Source: an uncultured Candidatus Saccharibacteria bacterium (lineage in GTDB: Bacteria > Patescibacteriota > Minisyncoccia > 2-02-FULL-40-12). From it: a stretch of DNA of 64,000 nucleotides. Location: the NCBI GenBank assembly GCA_964368135.1, contig CAYIZI010000002.1, positions 16,241 to 80,240 of the forward strand, written 5' to 3'. Of this stretch, positions 1-8,335 are shown one piece after another (positions within the stretch are counted from its first letter, which is position 1; each line of letters begins with the position of its first letter). The translations under genes and the position numbers were made by a program. Under the pieces are notes generated by a model. The model was not told the DNA's origin and ran no database searches. It saw nothing but the letters and a program-made list of their open reading frames with translations.

Positions 1-315
1 GGAAAATTCATGAAACAAAAAATCCTCCCTGATTACGTTTCCGTAGCTTGAGAGAATTCCTTTTATTCTGATAACTTCATCTTTCAGGTTAAAGCCGTCG
101 AAATTTTTCCTCAATTCTCTTAAAGATGCTTCTTCAATCTGGCGAATCCTTTCTCTGGTAATCTTATATTTTTTCCCGATAGATTCTAAAGTTTCTACGG
201 TCCCAGTTTTTAAACCAAATCTCCTGGAGATAATATCTTCGCCCCTAGAACTTAAGGATTTTAAAACATCTGAAATAGAGTTAGTGAATTTGGTTTTTTC
301 TTGCTCATTCAACAT
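1..315 (-). CDS. Sigma-70 region-4-like HTH protein (N-terminus only; runs off the window)
   Basis: Manual translation MLNEQEKTKF...IISRRFGLKTGTVETLESIGKKYKITRERIRQIE matches the sigma region 4.2 motif (TLEEIG..TRERIRQIE) at the protein N-terminus. Confidence 0.8.
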   Translation of the reverse strand, partial: MLNEQEKTKFTNSISDVLKSLSSRGEDIISRRFGLKTGTVETLESIGKKYKITRERIRQIEEASLRELRKNFDGFNLKDEVIRIKGILSSYGNVIREDFLFHEFS

Positions 316-353
316 ATCAGGGTTATAATATCATTTACTTTATACTATGTCAA
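316..353 (-). promoter_or_regulatory. Sigma70-type promoter, near-leaderless
   Basis: Minus strand reads TTGACA-17 nt-TATTAT-9 nt-ATG(315). Confidence 0.65.
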
Positions 354-1627
354 CAATCAATTTGAAAAACAAGAAGATAGCTATTTTAGGGCTGGGCCGC
401 GAGGGCTCGGCCACTTTAAAGTTCCTCAAAAAAAATAAAATAAAGGCGGATGTACTGGATTTAAAACTTGATAAAAATTATGCTGATCAAATTAAAAATT
501 ATGAGGTTATTTTCAGAACTCCGGGCTTTCCCCGGCTCCATCCCGGGCTTTTGACTGCAGAAAAAAACGGAGTAATTATTTCAAGTCATATTAAATTATT
601 TTTTGACTTATGTCCGGTAAAAATTATCGGCATTACCGGCACCAAAGGAAAAACCACAACTGCCTCTCTGGTTTATCAGATTCTAAAAAGCAGGTACGGG
701 AAAAAGGTATTTCTTGCCGGGAATATCGGTGAACCGGCCTTGGATATTTTGCCAAAGCTGAAAAAAGATTCCCTGATTGTCCTTGAGCTTTCAAGTTTCC
801 AGCTTCAGGATTTATACAAAAGTCCTCACGTAGCTGTAATTACCAATGTAGCTCTGGACCATATGGATCCAGCCGGAAAATTTGCTCCGGCCACTCATCA
901 AACCGCCAAAGAATACTTTGACGCTAAGATGAATATTCTAAAACATCAAAAATATGGGGATTTTGCCATAATCCATCCATCGCTTAAAAAGAAAACTAAA
1001 AATGTAGGCCAGGGTAAAAAAATATATCCCACTCCCCTGCCCTTAAAAACCAAACTAATTGGTAGACACAATTTAGAAAATATTGCTCTGGCCGCAGCCG
1101 TCGGAAAAATCTTTAAAGTGCCGAAAAATAAAATTCTAAAAGCCGTTGAAAATTTCAAAGGCATTGAGCACCGGCTTGAATTTGTCGCTAAAATTAACGG
1201 CGTTTCTTTTTATAACGATTCGGCCGCCACCAACCCGGACGCGACTTTGACAGCGCTAAAATCATTTGAAAAACCAGTTCACTTGATTTTGGGCGGCTCG
1301 GATAAAGGATTAGATTATAAAAATTTAATAAAATATATTGCCAAAGCCAAAAATATTAAGACCGTGGTGCTTATTGGACAGATAAAGAATAAATTAAATA
1401 AATTATTAAAGAATTACGAATTACGAATTACGAATTTAAAGACCAAAAGGGTTAAAACCTTAAAAGAAGCTGTATTGACTTGTTTTAAAAGTAGTGGTAG
1501 AAATGAGGTGGTCCTTTTGTCTCCGGCGGCGGCGAGTTTTGATATGTTTGCCAACTACGCCCAGCGCGGGGATGAGTTCAATAAAATCGTAAACAGAATG
1601 GAGGAGAGAAATGCCCGGAGTAAATGA
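347..1627 (+). CDS. murD: UDP-N-acetylmuramoyl-L-alanine--D-glutamate ligase
   Basis: Motifs GITGTKGKTTT, LAGNIG, VLELSSFQL, HRLE, FYNDSAATN and LLSPAAASFDMF. Confidence 0.95.
   Translation: MSTINLKNKKIAILGLGREGSATLKFLKKNKIKADVLDLKLDKNYADQIKNYEVIFRTPGFPRLHPGLLTAEKNGVIISSHIKLFFDLCPVKIIGITGTKGKTTTASLVYQILKSRYGKKVFLAGNIGEPALDILPKLKKDSLIVLELSSFQLQDLYKSPHVAVITNVALDHMDPAGKFAPATHQTAKEYFDAKMNILKHQKYGDFAIIHPSLKKKTKNVGQGKKIYPTPLPLKTKLIGRHNLENIALAAAVGKIFKVPKNKILKAVENFKGIEHRLEFVAKINGVSFYNDSAATNPDATLTALKSFEKPVHLILGGSDKGLDYKNLIKYIAKAKNIKTVVLIGQIKNKLNKLLKNYELRITNLKTKRVKTLKEAVLTCFKSSGRNEVVLLSPAAASFDMFANYAQRGDEFNKIVNRMEERNARSK
1411..1436 (+). repeat. In-frame heptamer tandem repeat (GAATTAC)x3.7 inside murD
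   Basis: gaattac gaattac gaattac gaatt, translated as NYELRITN. Confidence 0.9.
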
Positions 1628-1904
1628 TCGTATTGTAATAGTCTTCCCCTCTGATTGGTCGGCTGTTGAAGTAATTAAAATCGTCTACGACTTTGAAAAC
1701 ATTATCCGGAAGGAACGAACTGTTTTCAAAGACCTGGGTGATCGGCTTAGATTTACCCTGTTCCTCAATAGACCCGATACGTCAGACGAAGGAGAGGCGT
1801 CAAGATATGTAAACTTGGCATATGAGTTTACAAACAGGCTGTTCGAAGCCGGCTGCGAATTGATTGAAACAGATATCGCCGACTTCCGCGTCTCGACCGC
1901 CTGA
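1611..1904 (+). CDS. Hypothetical protein, SD-led
   Basis: 97-aa ORF with GGAGG 6 nt before the ATG and a hairpin downstream; no family recognised. Confidence 0.65.
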   Translation: MPGVNDRIVIVFPSDWSAVEVIKIVYDFENIIRKERTVFKDLGDRLRFTLFLNRPDTSDEGEASRYVNLAYEFTNRLFEAGCELIETDIADFRVSTA

Positions 1905-1927
1905 TCCGAAAAAACCTCTCGCCAACC

Positions 1928-1957
1928 AAAGAGCCTGTCTGAAGCGACCGGCTCTTT
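1928..1957. terminator. Hairpin between convergent genes
   Basis: aaagagcc...ggctcttt stem abutting the secF stop codon. Confidence 0.65.
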
Positions 1958-2835
1958 TACTTTTTATGCAACACCATCAAAATAGGACTGGCTACGAATA
2001 TAGATGAATAAGCCCCAGAAGCGATTCCGATAATTAAAGCTAAAGAAAAATTTTTCAAAGTCGGACCGCCGAAAATGTAAATCGCAATTACGGCAAAAAG
2101 AGTAGTTAAGGTCGTATTTATAGAACGGACTAAGGTTTGTTTAATACTCCGATGAACTGTTTCGTTAAAATTCCCTGAAGGATTTTTAAAAACATTCTCT
2201 CTGATTCTATCATAAACCACCACCGTATCATTGATTGAATAACCCAAAATGGCCAGGGCCGCGGCAATCATTGGCGCGTCAATCTGAACCCCCTTGAATA
2301 GACCGAGTAAAACAAAAACTCCGATCGGTATTAATAAGTCGTGGATTAAAGCGATAACTGCACCCAAGGCCAGAACAAAAGGACTTATCACCCCGCCGAT
2401 TTTTCTAAAAACAACGGCTAAGTAAGCTGAAATTAAGAGCAAAGCCGCTACTATCGCAATAATGCTTTTTCTTTTTAGTTCCGCGCCGATAGTTAAACCG
2501 ATTGAATCAAACCGTTTTTCCTCAAGCTCGCCCAATTGATTTAAACCATTTAAAACTTCCTGATGTTTTTCTTCCGAAATCTCCGGCATCCTGATTAACA
2601 ATCCTTTCTCACCTGCCTGTGAAATTGCCGCATTTGTTATTCCTTCTTTTTCTAAAATCTCTCTTATCCTCCCTAATTCGTAATTCGTAATTCGTAATTC
2701 ACTAAATTCTGCTTCTAACAACGCTCCACCAGTGAAATCAATCCCTAAATTCAAGCCGTAAATCAAAAACACCGCCAGAGAAGCGAGCATCAAAATAACC
2801 GAGATTGAAAAGAAGATTTTGTAGAGAGTCAGCAT
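1957..2835 (-). CDS. secF: Protein translocase subunit SecF
   Basis: Motifs LNLGIDFTGG, GYSINDTVVVYDRIRE, RSINTTLTT and GAYSSIFVA. Confidence 0.95.
   Translation of the reverse strand: MLTLYKIFFSISVILMLASLAVFLIYGLNLGIDFTGGALLEAEFSELRITNYELGRIREILEKEGITNAAISQAGEKGLLIRMPEISEEKHQEVLNGLNQLGELEEKRFDSIGLTIGAELKRKSIIAIVAALLLISAYLAVVFRKIGGVISPFVLALGAVIALIHDLLIPIGVFVLLGLFKGVQIDAPMIAAALAILGYSINDTVVVYDRIRENVFKNPSGNFNETVHRSIKQTLVRSINTTLTTLFAVIAIYIFGGPTLKNFSLALIIGIASGAYSSIFVASPILMVLHKK
2674..2700 (-). repeat. In-frame heptamer repeat (GAATTAC)x3.9 inside secF
   Basis: Plus strand taattcg x3 + taattc, translated as ELRITNYEL. Confidence 0.9.
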
Positions 2836-2859
2836 AAAGTAATTCTATCATATAAAATT

Positions 2860-2894
2860 TTGCCGCCGACATCCATACTGAACGCCGGCGGCAA
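2860..2894 (-). terminator. Hairpin downstream of thyX
   Basis: ttgccgccg...cggcggcaa inverted repeat, followed by an A/T-rich run on the minus strand. Confidence 0.6.
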
Positions 2895-2902
2895 CGAAAG
2901 TG

Positions 2903-3688
2903 CTAAACCTTGCTGTTTTTCGGCTGATACCAGAACAAACCTCCTTCTGTGGTCACTGTGAAATCACCGAAGAGATGAGGATACCGTTTGGTGACGATTT
3001 CTCCCACCTTACCGAAAACGAGACGAATTTCTTCTTCGGCGGTCGGGTGAGTCCGCATTTCCAGAATCCATCGAATGGTCCGCGGATTGGCTGACCAGCC
3101 GATGGTCGTAGCCAAACCGATTGGAGCGATTCGGCGCATCGCCGAGGTGATGACCTTCTTAACATGAAAAGGAACTCCCGAATCGTCAAGGCGGAAAAGT
3201 TCGGCAAGCTTGATCTGAAGTCCCTCCAAATGACGGAATGTCTCGCCGAAAACCTCAACAGCCTGCTCGTTTTCACGAATGACCGTCGGCAGCCACTGAC
3301 CAAGATCTTCGAGCCGCACAAACCGGAGGGACTCCTGGGAAATGGCTACGCCGGCACGATGCCGTACGAGTTCGTGAGTGAACACCCGCGAAACGTCGAC
3401 AAAAACAAAGTTCATCACCGGATGCTCGATGACCGAACCGTGCTTCACGTTCAAAATGTTCCCAAGGTAGTCGCTGTTGTGCTCACGAATCTTGGTGACG
3501 TTCCGGTTCATTCCAGGCTGGAAACTCCGATAACATAACCTGCCCATAACCTCCACCAGTTTTTCGGAGTCGGTCGGGGCATCGGAAACCCAATCTGGGA
3601 TGCCAAGATAATCGAGATAGGCCCAAAGTCCTTCTTCGACAATCCTGGTTTCGCCGACAAGGAAAACTTGCGGTTCGACTTTATGCAT
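2903..3688 (-). CDS. thyX: FAD-dependent thymidylate synthase
   Basis: ThyX signature RHRAGVAISQESLR plus HGSVIEH and AEEEIR; start moved to ATG 3688, which follows GGGGAGG. Confidence 0.92.
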   Translation of the reverse strand: MHKVEPQVFLVGETRIVEEGLWAYLDYLGIPDWVSDAPTDSEKLVEVMGRLCYRSFQPGMNRNVTKIREHNSDYLGNILNVKHGSVIEHPVMNFVFVDVSRVFTHELVRHRAGVAISQESLRFVRLEDLGQWLPTVIRENEQAVEVFGETFRHLEGLQIKLAELFRLDDSGVPFHVKKVITSAMRRIAPIGLATTIGWSANPRTIRWILEMRTHPTAEEEIRLVFGKVGEIVTKRYPHLFGDFTVTTEGGLFWYQPKNSKV

Positions 3689-3863
3689 TGTCGCCTCCCC
3701 GATTTTTTTTGAGCGTAACGCAGTGGTACCATCCACCGTCCGCACCCTTTTTCAGTTCGACTTTTGCTGTCACTTCCTCTACGAGTTGGTTGCCATCGTA
3801 AATGATAACCCTGGCAGGATGATGAGAAGTGCCTACTTCTTGTTCAAGTTCAACCTTTACCAT
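3681..3863 (-). CDS. Small hypothetical protein (60 aa) coupled to thyX
   Basis: AGGAGGG-ttt-ATG(3863), MVKVELEQEVG...; its stop overlaps the thyX start (ATGCATAA). Confidence 0.65.
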   Translation of the reverse strand: MVKVELEQEVGTSHHPARVIIYDGNQLVEEVTAKVELKKGADGGWYHCVTLKKNRGGDNA

Positions 3864-3900
3864 AAACCCTCCTGGTTTTTTTGATATCATTAATCTTATG

Positions 3901-3930
3901 AAAAAGAAAGGGCGGCGCATTGCGCCACCC
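3901..3930 (-). terminator. Intrinsic terminator of the dcd-like gene
   Basis: Minus strand GGGTGGCGC-AAT-GCGCCGCCC-TTTCTTTTT. Confidence 0.8.
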
Positions 3931-3944
3931 GATAGCTCACCTCT

Positions 3945-4496
3945 TCACAGAGTCTTCTGCCCCTGGAAGCGGACCCCCTGGAGTTTATCGTAGGTACGTT
4001 CGCACTCGCCATCGAGTTCCTCAAATGACAAATGAACCATGCCCATGTCGCCATAGATTCGTATTGGGACTGGGCTGGAGTTGGCTATATGGATGCGGAG
4101 CCGACCCTCCCAGCCAGGACTGATGCTCGAGATGTTGAGGCCGATGCCGACGCTGGAGTAAACAGTTTTCCCCACGCCGTGGGCAACGCAGTTCGGCGGA
4201 ATCCGAAAATACTCCAGAGTCATCGCCTCCGCAAAACCTCGCGGAGGGATGTCGTAGTACGGAACCGCTGACTTCTCAAAGTAAAACTCGTGGTCTAAGT
4301 TTAGGGGATCAAGCGTCTTGCCAGCGGCAACGGCCCAATCAAAGACCAAGATGCGCGGATCAAGCCGGGCGTCGTAGCCGGCTGGCTGAAGACCATAGGA
4401 AATGATTCCGTCTCCGGCCACACGCTCTGAAAACGGCGCAATCATCCAGTGTTCCAAAGCCATTTTCCTAATCCACCAATCGGGTTTTGATGCCAT
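3945..4496 (-). CDS. dcd: dCTP deaminase/trimeric dUTPase superfamily protein with divergent active site
   Basis: ISYGLQPAGYDARL, TLEYFRIP, PGWEG and a C-terminal FQGQ match Dcd; catalytic positions appear substituted. Confidence 0.75.
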   Translation of the reverse strand: MASKPDWWIRKMALEHWMIAPFSERVAGDGIISYGLQPAGYDARLDPRILVFDWAVAAGKTLDPLNLDHEFYFEKSAVPYYDIPPRGFAEAMTLEYFRIPPNCVAHGVGKTVYSSVGIGLNISSISPGWEGRLRIHIANSSPVPIRIYGDMGMVHLSFEELDGECERTYDKLQGVRFQGQKTL

Positions 4497-4566
4497 AACT
4501 CACCTCCCGGGTAAGCAAAGCTAATCCACCAAGAAACGAACCAAAGTTGCTGGACTTAGTGTAGGG

Positions 4567-4968
4567 TCATTTCTTCTCAAAGTCCAGACAGACCGAATTG
4601 ATGCAGTATCTCTTTCCGCCTCGCTCACGCGGCCCGTCGTCAAAGACATGGCCCAGGTGAGCCCCGCATTTTTTGCAGAGAACTTCGGTTCGATTCATGC
4701 CACCACTATAATCCGGTTTCAACTCAATATTTCCCAGATTCTTTGGCTGGGTAAAACTTGGCCAGCCAGTTTCAGAATCAAACTTGGTATCCGAAGAAAA
4801 AAGCTCGGTCCCGCAAATCGCGCATTTATACATCCCCTTTTCGTGGTGCTTCCAATACTTACCCGAAAACGGCGCCTCGGTCCCTTTCTTCCTGGCTACT
4901 TCATATAGCTCCGGTGATAGTTCTTTATCTTTTTTCACTTTATTATTTTTATTCATATTATTTCTCAT
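4567..4968 (-). CDS. msrB: Methionine-R-sulfoxide reductase
   Basis: Motifs GTEAPFSG, GWPSF, HLGHVFDDGP, RYCINS and two CxxC. Confidence 0.96.
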   Translation of the reverse strand: MRNNMNKNNKVKKDKELSPELYEVARKKGTEAPFSGKYWKHHEKGMYKCAICGTELFSSDTKFDSETGWPSFTQPKNLGNIELKPDYSGGMNRTEVLCKKCGAHLGHVFDDGPRERGGKRYCINSVCLDFEKK

Positions 4969-4990
4969 AGCATCTTTGAATTTATTTTTG

Positions 4991-5230
4991 TTAAAGCTTA
5001 TATGTTTTTTCGCTGCGTTTCTGAATAGTAATAATAAATATAGAATTATTACTCTTACTGAAAATGATTCTTAATCTTTCCTTGCGTAATCGGAAAATAT
5101 CCTGATAGCCTTTTAATTTTTTAATATTAAGACTATTCCAATCCAAAGAAACTATTTTTTCAATTAAAAACTCGAGAAGTCTCCTGTCATCTTTGTTAAA
5201 TTTAGAAAGTAGTTTTTTAAGAGGCGGCAT
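4991..5230 (-). CDS. RelE/ParE-family toxin
   Basis: 79-aa basic protein with IKKLKGYQDIFRLRKERLRIIF; overlaps the upstream antitoxin. Confidence 0.8.
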   Translation of the reverse strand: MPPLKKLLSKFNKDDRRLLEFLIEKIVSLDWNSLNIKKLKGYQDIFRLRKERLRIIFSKSNNSIFIITIQKRSEKTYKL

Positions 5231-5459
5231 TTAGCTTATGAAGCTCTCTCAAAATTTTTTTGGCATCCACACCCTTTTTATTTAGTTTAGTAAAATCAAC
5301 GACGGTTTCCCAAAATCCCTCTTCTTCGTCAACAGAAGAAATCTTAAAAAGTGGTTTTGATTTTTTTACTACAATAAAAGACTCGCCTTTTTCTATACGA
5401 GAGATATATTTTTGCATATTTTCTCTCAACTCTTTTAATCCCAAAATATTGGTTCTCAT
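5217..5459 (-). CDS. Phd/YefM-family antitoxin
   Basis: LGLKELRENM...IEKGESFIVVKKSKPLFKI is a Phd-like N-terminus. Confidence 0.8.
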   Translation of the reverse strand: MRTNILGLKELRENMQKYISRIEKGESFIVVKKSKPLFKISSVDEEEGFWETVVDFTKLNKKGVDAKKILRELHKLNAAS

Positions 5460-5497
5460 AATGCTTAAAGTTTATCTTAAGATAAACTTGGTGTCAA
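5460..5497 (-). promoter_or_regulatory. TA promoter with a 22-bp palindromic operator
   Basis: TTGACA-17-TAAACT-9-ATG; perfect palindrome aagtttatctt|aagataaactt at 5468-5489 covers the spacer and -10. Confidence 0.8.
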
Positions 5498-5507
5498 GGT
5501 TCATATT

Positions 5508-8096
5508 TTATTTCCCATGACAATGTTTATACTTTTTCGGACGGCCATCCGGATGTTTCGCCCCGCACCAGCAGGGGTCGTTGCGGCCGATTTCCTTGCC
5601 TTGGGGTGATTTGTTTACGTTAACCGCGACTGACTGCGGCTGAACCGGCCGCATTTCAACACCGACTTTAAAAATCAGATTCACCACCTGATACTTTATT
5701 GACTTTAACAACCGCTCAAATATCTTTTGTCCTTCAATCCGGTATTCAACCAGGGGGTCGCGCTGGCCATAAGCCCGCAGATTAACCGAGTCGCGTAAAT
5801 ATTCCATCTGTTCAAGATGGTCAATCCAAAGCTCGTCAATTACCCGAAGTAAAACAAATTTCTCAATATTCCTTATCCCCTCTTCGCCGATTTTCTCTCT
5901 CCGCTCATTATACTTTTGTTTAACAAATTCTAAAATCCTCTGTTTTAAATTTTCTTTATTTTGAATTTCATTTAAAATTTGAAATTTAAAATTTGTAATT
6001 GTGTTTATTGTTTCCTCTATCTCTTTAAGATTCCATTCCGGCCCTTGAGTATGAACCCCAACCATTTCACTGACAAACTCGTTAAAATAATCAAAAATCA
6101 TCTCCCGGCGTTCCGGCGATTGAGAGTCCAAAATATTTTTCCGTAAACCATAAATGGTCTCCCGGTGCTTATTCATCACATTATCAAACTCAAGAACGTA
6201 TTTTCTAGCGTCAAAATGGTGGCCTTCAATTTTACTCTGGGCCTGCTCAATTGACCGGCTGACCAAATTATGCTCAATCGGCTGGTCTTCTGGAAAGCCA
6301 AGCCGCTCCATTAAGCTCTTAATTCTTTCACCGCCAAAAATCCTGATAACATCATCATCCAGAGAAACGAAAAACTGGCTTGAGCCCTGATCGCCCTGCC
6401 GACCGGAGCGGCCCCGAAGCTGATTATCAATTCTACGGGCCTCATGCCGTTCTGTCCCGATAACATGAAGTCCGCCGACTTGTTTAACTTTCTCTGCATT
6501 ATCAGCACTTGGCGGATTGCCGCCTAAAATTATATCCACTCCCCGGCCAGCCATATTGGTCGCCACCGTTACTTGGCCAAATTTACCAGCTTGGGCAATT
6601 ATCTGGCCTTCTGATTCGTGGTTTTTGGCGTTTAAGACGTTGTGAGGAATGCCCTCACGCCTAAGCATTTCTGAAATTAGTTCATTTTTCTCAATTGAAA
6701 CCGTGCCGACTAAAACCGGCTGACCCCTCAGATGTCTTTCTTTAATCTCTTCAACTAATGCCTTCCATTTGGCATCGGCGGTCTTGTAAATCCGGTCAGG
6801 CAAATTTTCTCTTATCATCGGCTTATTGGTCGGCACCACAACGACATCAAGATTATAAACCTTATGAAACTCTTCGCTTGAAGTAGCCGCGGTTCCGGTC
6901 ATTCCGGCCAATTTTTTATACATCCGGAAATAGTTCTGGAAAGTAATGGTGGCCATAGTCCGCGACTCTCTTTGAATGGCCACGCCTTCCTTGGCCTCCA
7001 CGGCCTGATGGAGTCCCTCTGACCAGCGCCGGCCGGGCATAAGGCGGCCAGTAAACTCATCAACAATAATGACTTCGCCATTTTTAATCACATAATCTTT
7101 ATCGCGCTTAAACAAAACATTGGCCCGCAAAGCTTGCTCAAGATGATGAACATAACGCATCCCGCCGTGCTCATAAATATTTCCAATCCTAAGCATTTTC
7201 TCCACCTTGTCTATCCCGGAATCGGTTATGGTTGCGGCTCTTAATTTTTCATCAACATTATAATCTTGATTTTCTTTCAAATGAGGAACAACTCTGGCAA
7301 AAGTTTTGTAAAGCTCGCCTGATTCGGTATCCGGCGCGGAAATAATCAAAGGAGTTCTGGCTTCGTCAATCAGAATTGAGTCAACCTCGTCAACTATGGC
7401 AAAGTTATGGCCTTTGGCCTGGGACATCTGACTCAAATCGTAAACCATATTGTCCCGAAGGTAGTCAAAGCCGAATTCATTATTAGTGCCGTAAGTGATG
7501 TCAGTTTCGTAGGCCTGGCGCCTTGTTACCGGCCGCAGAAACTCATGGAAAACCCTGAATGCTCCTTGGGCATCACGCATCTCATCTTTCTCGGTGTGGC
7601 CGGGGTCATAAACATAACTAGCATCATGATTAATACAACCAACAGTCAAGCCTAAGGCATTATAAATCTGTCCCATCCAAACCGTGTCGCGCCGGGATAA
7701 AAAATCATTGACGGTTACGATATGCACTCCCTGACCTGATAAAGCATTCAGATAAACTGCTAAAGTTGAGGCTAAAGTTTTGCCCTCACCGGTTTTCATC
7801 TCTGCTATTTTACCTTGATGCAAGACAATGCCGCCGATAAGCTGAACGTCAAAATGCCGCTGGCCCAAGGTGCGCTTAGCCGCCTCGCGGACCGTCGCAA
7901 AGGCCTCAGGCAACAAGTCATCAAGAGTTTCGCCTTTCCCCAGCCTCTTTTTAAATTCCTCGGTCTTTTCCTTTAGTTGAGTATCCGAAAACTCCCCAAA
8001 TTCGCCTTCAAGCTTATTTATCTTCTCAACCAATGTCTGGGCTTTTTTTAGATACTTTTGATTCGCATCACCAAAGAGATTAGATAGAAAACTCAT
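5508..8096 (-). CDS. secA: Preprotein translocase ATPase SecA
   Basis: Motifs MKTGEGKTL, DEVDSILIDEARTPLIIS, ATNMAGRGVDI, QLRGRSGRQGD and a SEC-C tail. Confidence 0.98.
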   Translation of the reverse strand: MSFLSNLFGDANQKYLKKAQTLVEKINKLEGEFGEFSDTQLKEKTEEFKKRLGKGETLDDLLPEAFATVREAAKRTLGQRHFDVQLIGGIVLHQGKIAEMKTGEGKTLASTLAVYLNALSGQGVHIVTVNDFLSRRDTVWMGQIYNALGLTVGCINHDASYVYDPGHTEKDEMRDAQGAFRVFHEFLRPVTRRQAYETDITYGTNNEFGFDYLRDNMVYDLSQMSQAKGHNFAIVDEVDSILIDEARTPLIISAPDTESGELYKTFARVVPHLKENQDYNVDEKLRAATITDSGIDKVEKMLRIGNIYEHGGMRYVHHLEQALRANVLFKRDKDYVIKNGEVIIVDEFTGRLMPGRRWSEGLHQAVEAKEGVAIQRESRTMATITFQNYFRMYKKLAGMTGTAATSSEEFHKVYNLDVVVVPTNKPMIRENLPDRIYKTADAKWKALVEEIKERHLRGQPVLVGTVSIEKNELISEMLRREGIPHNVLNAKNHESEGQIIAQAGKFGQVTVATNMAGRGVDIILGGNPPSADNAEKVKQVGGLHVIGTERHEARRIDNQLRGRSGRQGDQGSSQFFVSLDDDVIRIFGGERIKSLMERLGFPEDQPIEHNLVSRSIEQAQSKIEGHHFDARKYVLEFDNVMNKHRETIYGLRKNILDSQSPERREMIFDYFNEFVSEMVGVHTQGPEWNLKEIEETINTITNFKFQILNEIQNKENLKQRILEFVKQKYNERREKIGEEGIRNIEKFVLLRVIDELWIDHLEQMEYLRDSVNLRAYGQRDPLVEYRIEGQKIFERLLKSIKYQVVNLIFKVGVEMRPVQPQSVAVNVNKSPQGKEIGRNDPCWCGAKHPDGRPKKYKHCHGK
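5971..6000 (-). repeat. Degenerate in-frame heptamer repeat (TTTYAAA) inside secA
   Basis: Plus strand tttaaaa tttgaaa tttaaaa tttgtaa, translated as ITNFKFQILN. Confidence 0.7.
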
Positions 8097-8134
8097 GGTT
8101 TAAATATAGTACTGAAAAAACTTGATTTTTTCAA
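8097..8134 (-). promoter_or_regulatory. secA promoter, near-leaderless
   Basis: TTGAAA-17-TACTAT-9-ATG. Confidence 0.6.
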
Positions 8135-8144
8135 ATTTTCTGGA

Positions 8145-8331
8145 GGTGAAAAGCCCGCAGGGTATAGTTATTGAGGAACCTCTTGAGCCGAGCCGTTAAG
8201 AGAAGATATTTAATGTAGCGAGGCGAAAGAGGAGTGAGGGTTTTTTCTGAAAAACAGAGAATTAAGATAATTATATAAGTTGTACGAGGCCGAACGTTTC
8301 CGAAACAACTGTACCCGAGAGGCTTTTCACC
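8145..8331. ncRNA. Candidate structured ncRNA or miniature inverted-repeat element
   Basis: Ends pair over three successive helices (ggtgaaaagcc/ggcttttcacc; gggtatagtt/aactgtaccc; ggaac/gtttcc), with internal hairpins; family not identified. Confidence 0.45.
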
Positions 8332-8335
8332 AATG

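Noticed and set aside
1411-2700. GAATTAC arrays as CRISPR repeats
   Set aside because: They are 7-nt units with no spacers, lie inside ORFs, and there are no cas genes in the window.
2900-4271. Alternative-frame ORFs over thyX and dcd
   Set aside because: Shadow ORFs expected in GC-rich DNA; the motif-bearing frames are clear.
2903-4496. thyX/dcd block as a prophage
   Set aside because: No integrase, structural or replication genes, and no att-like repeats seen.
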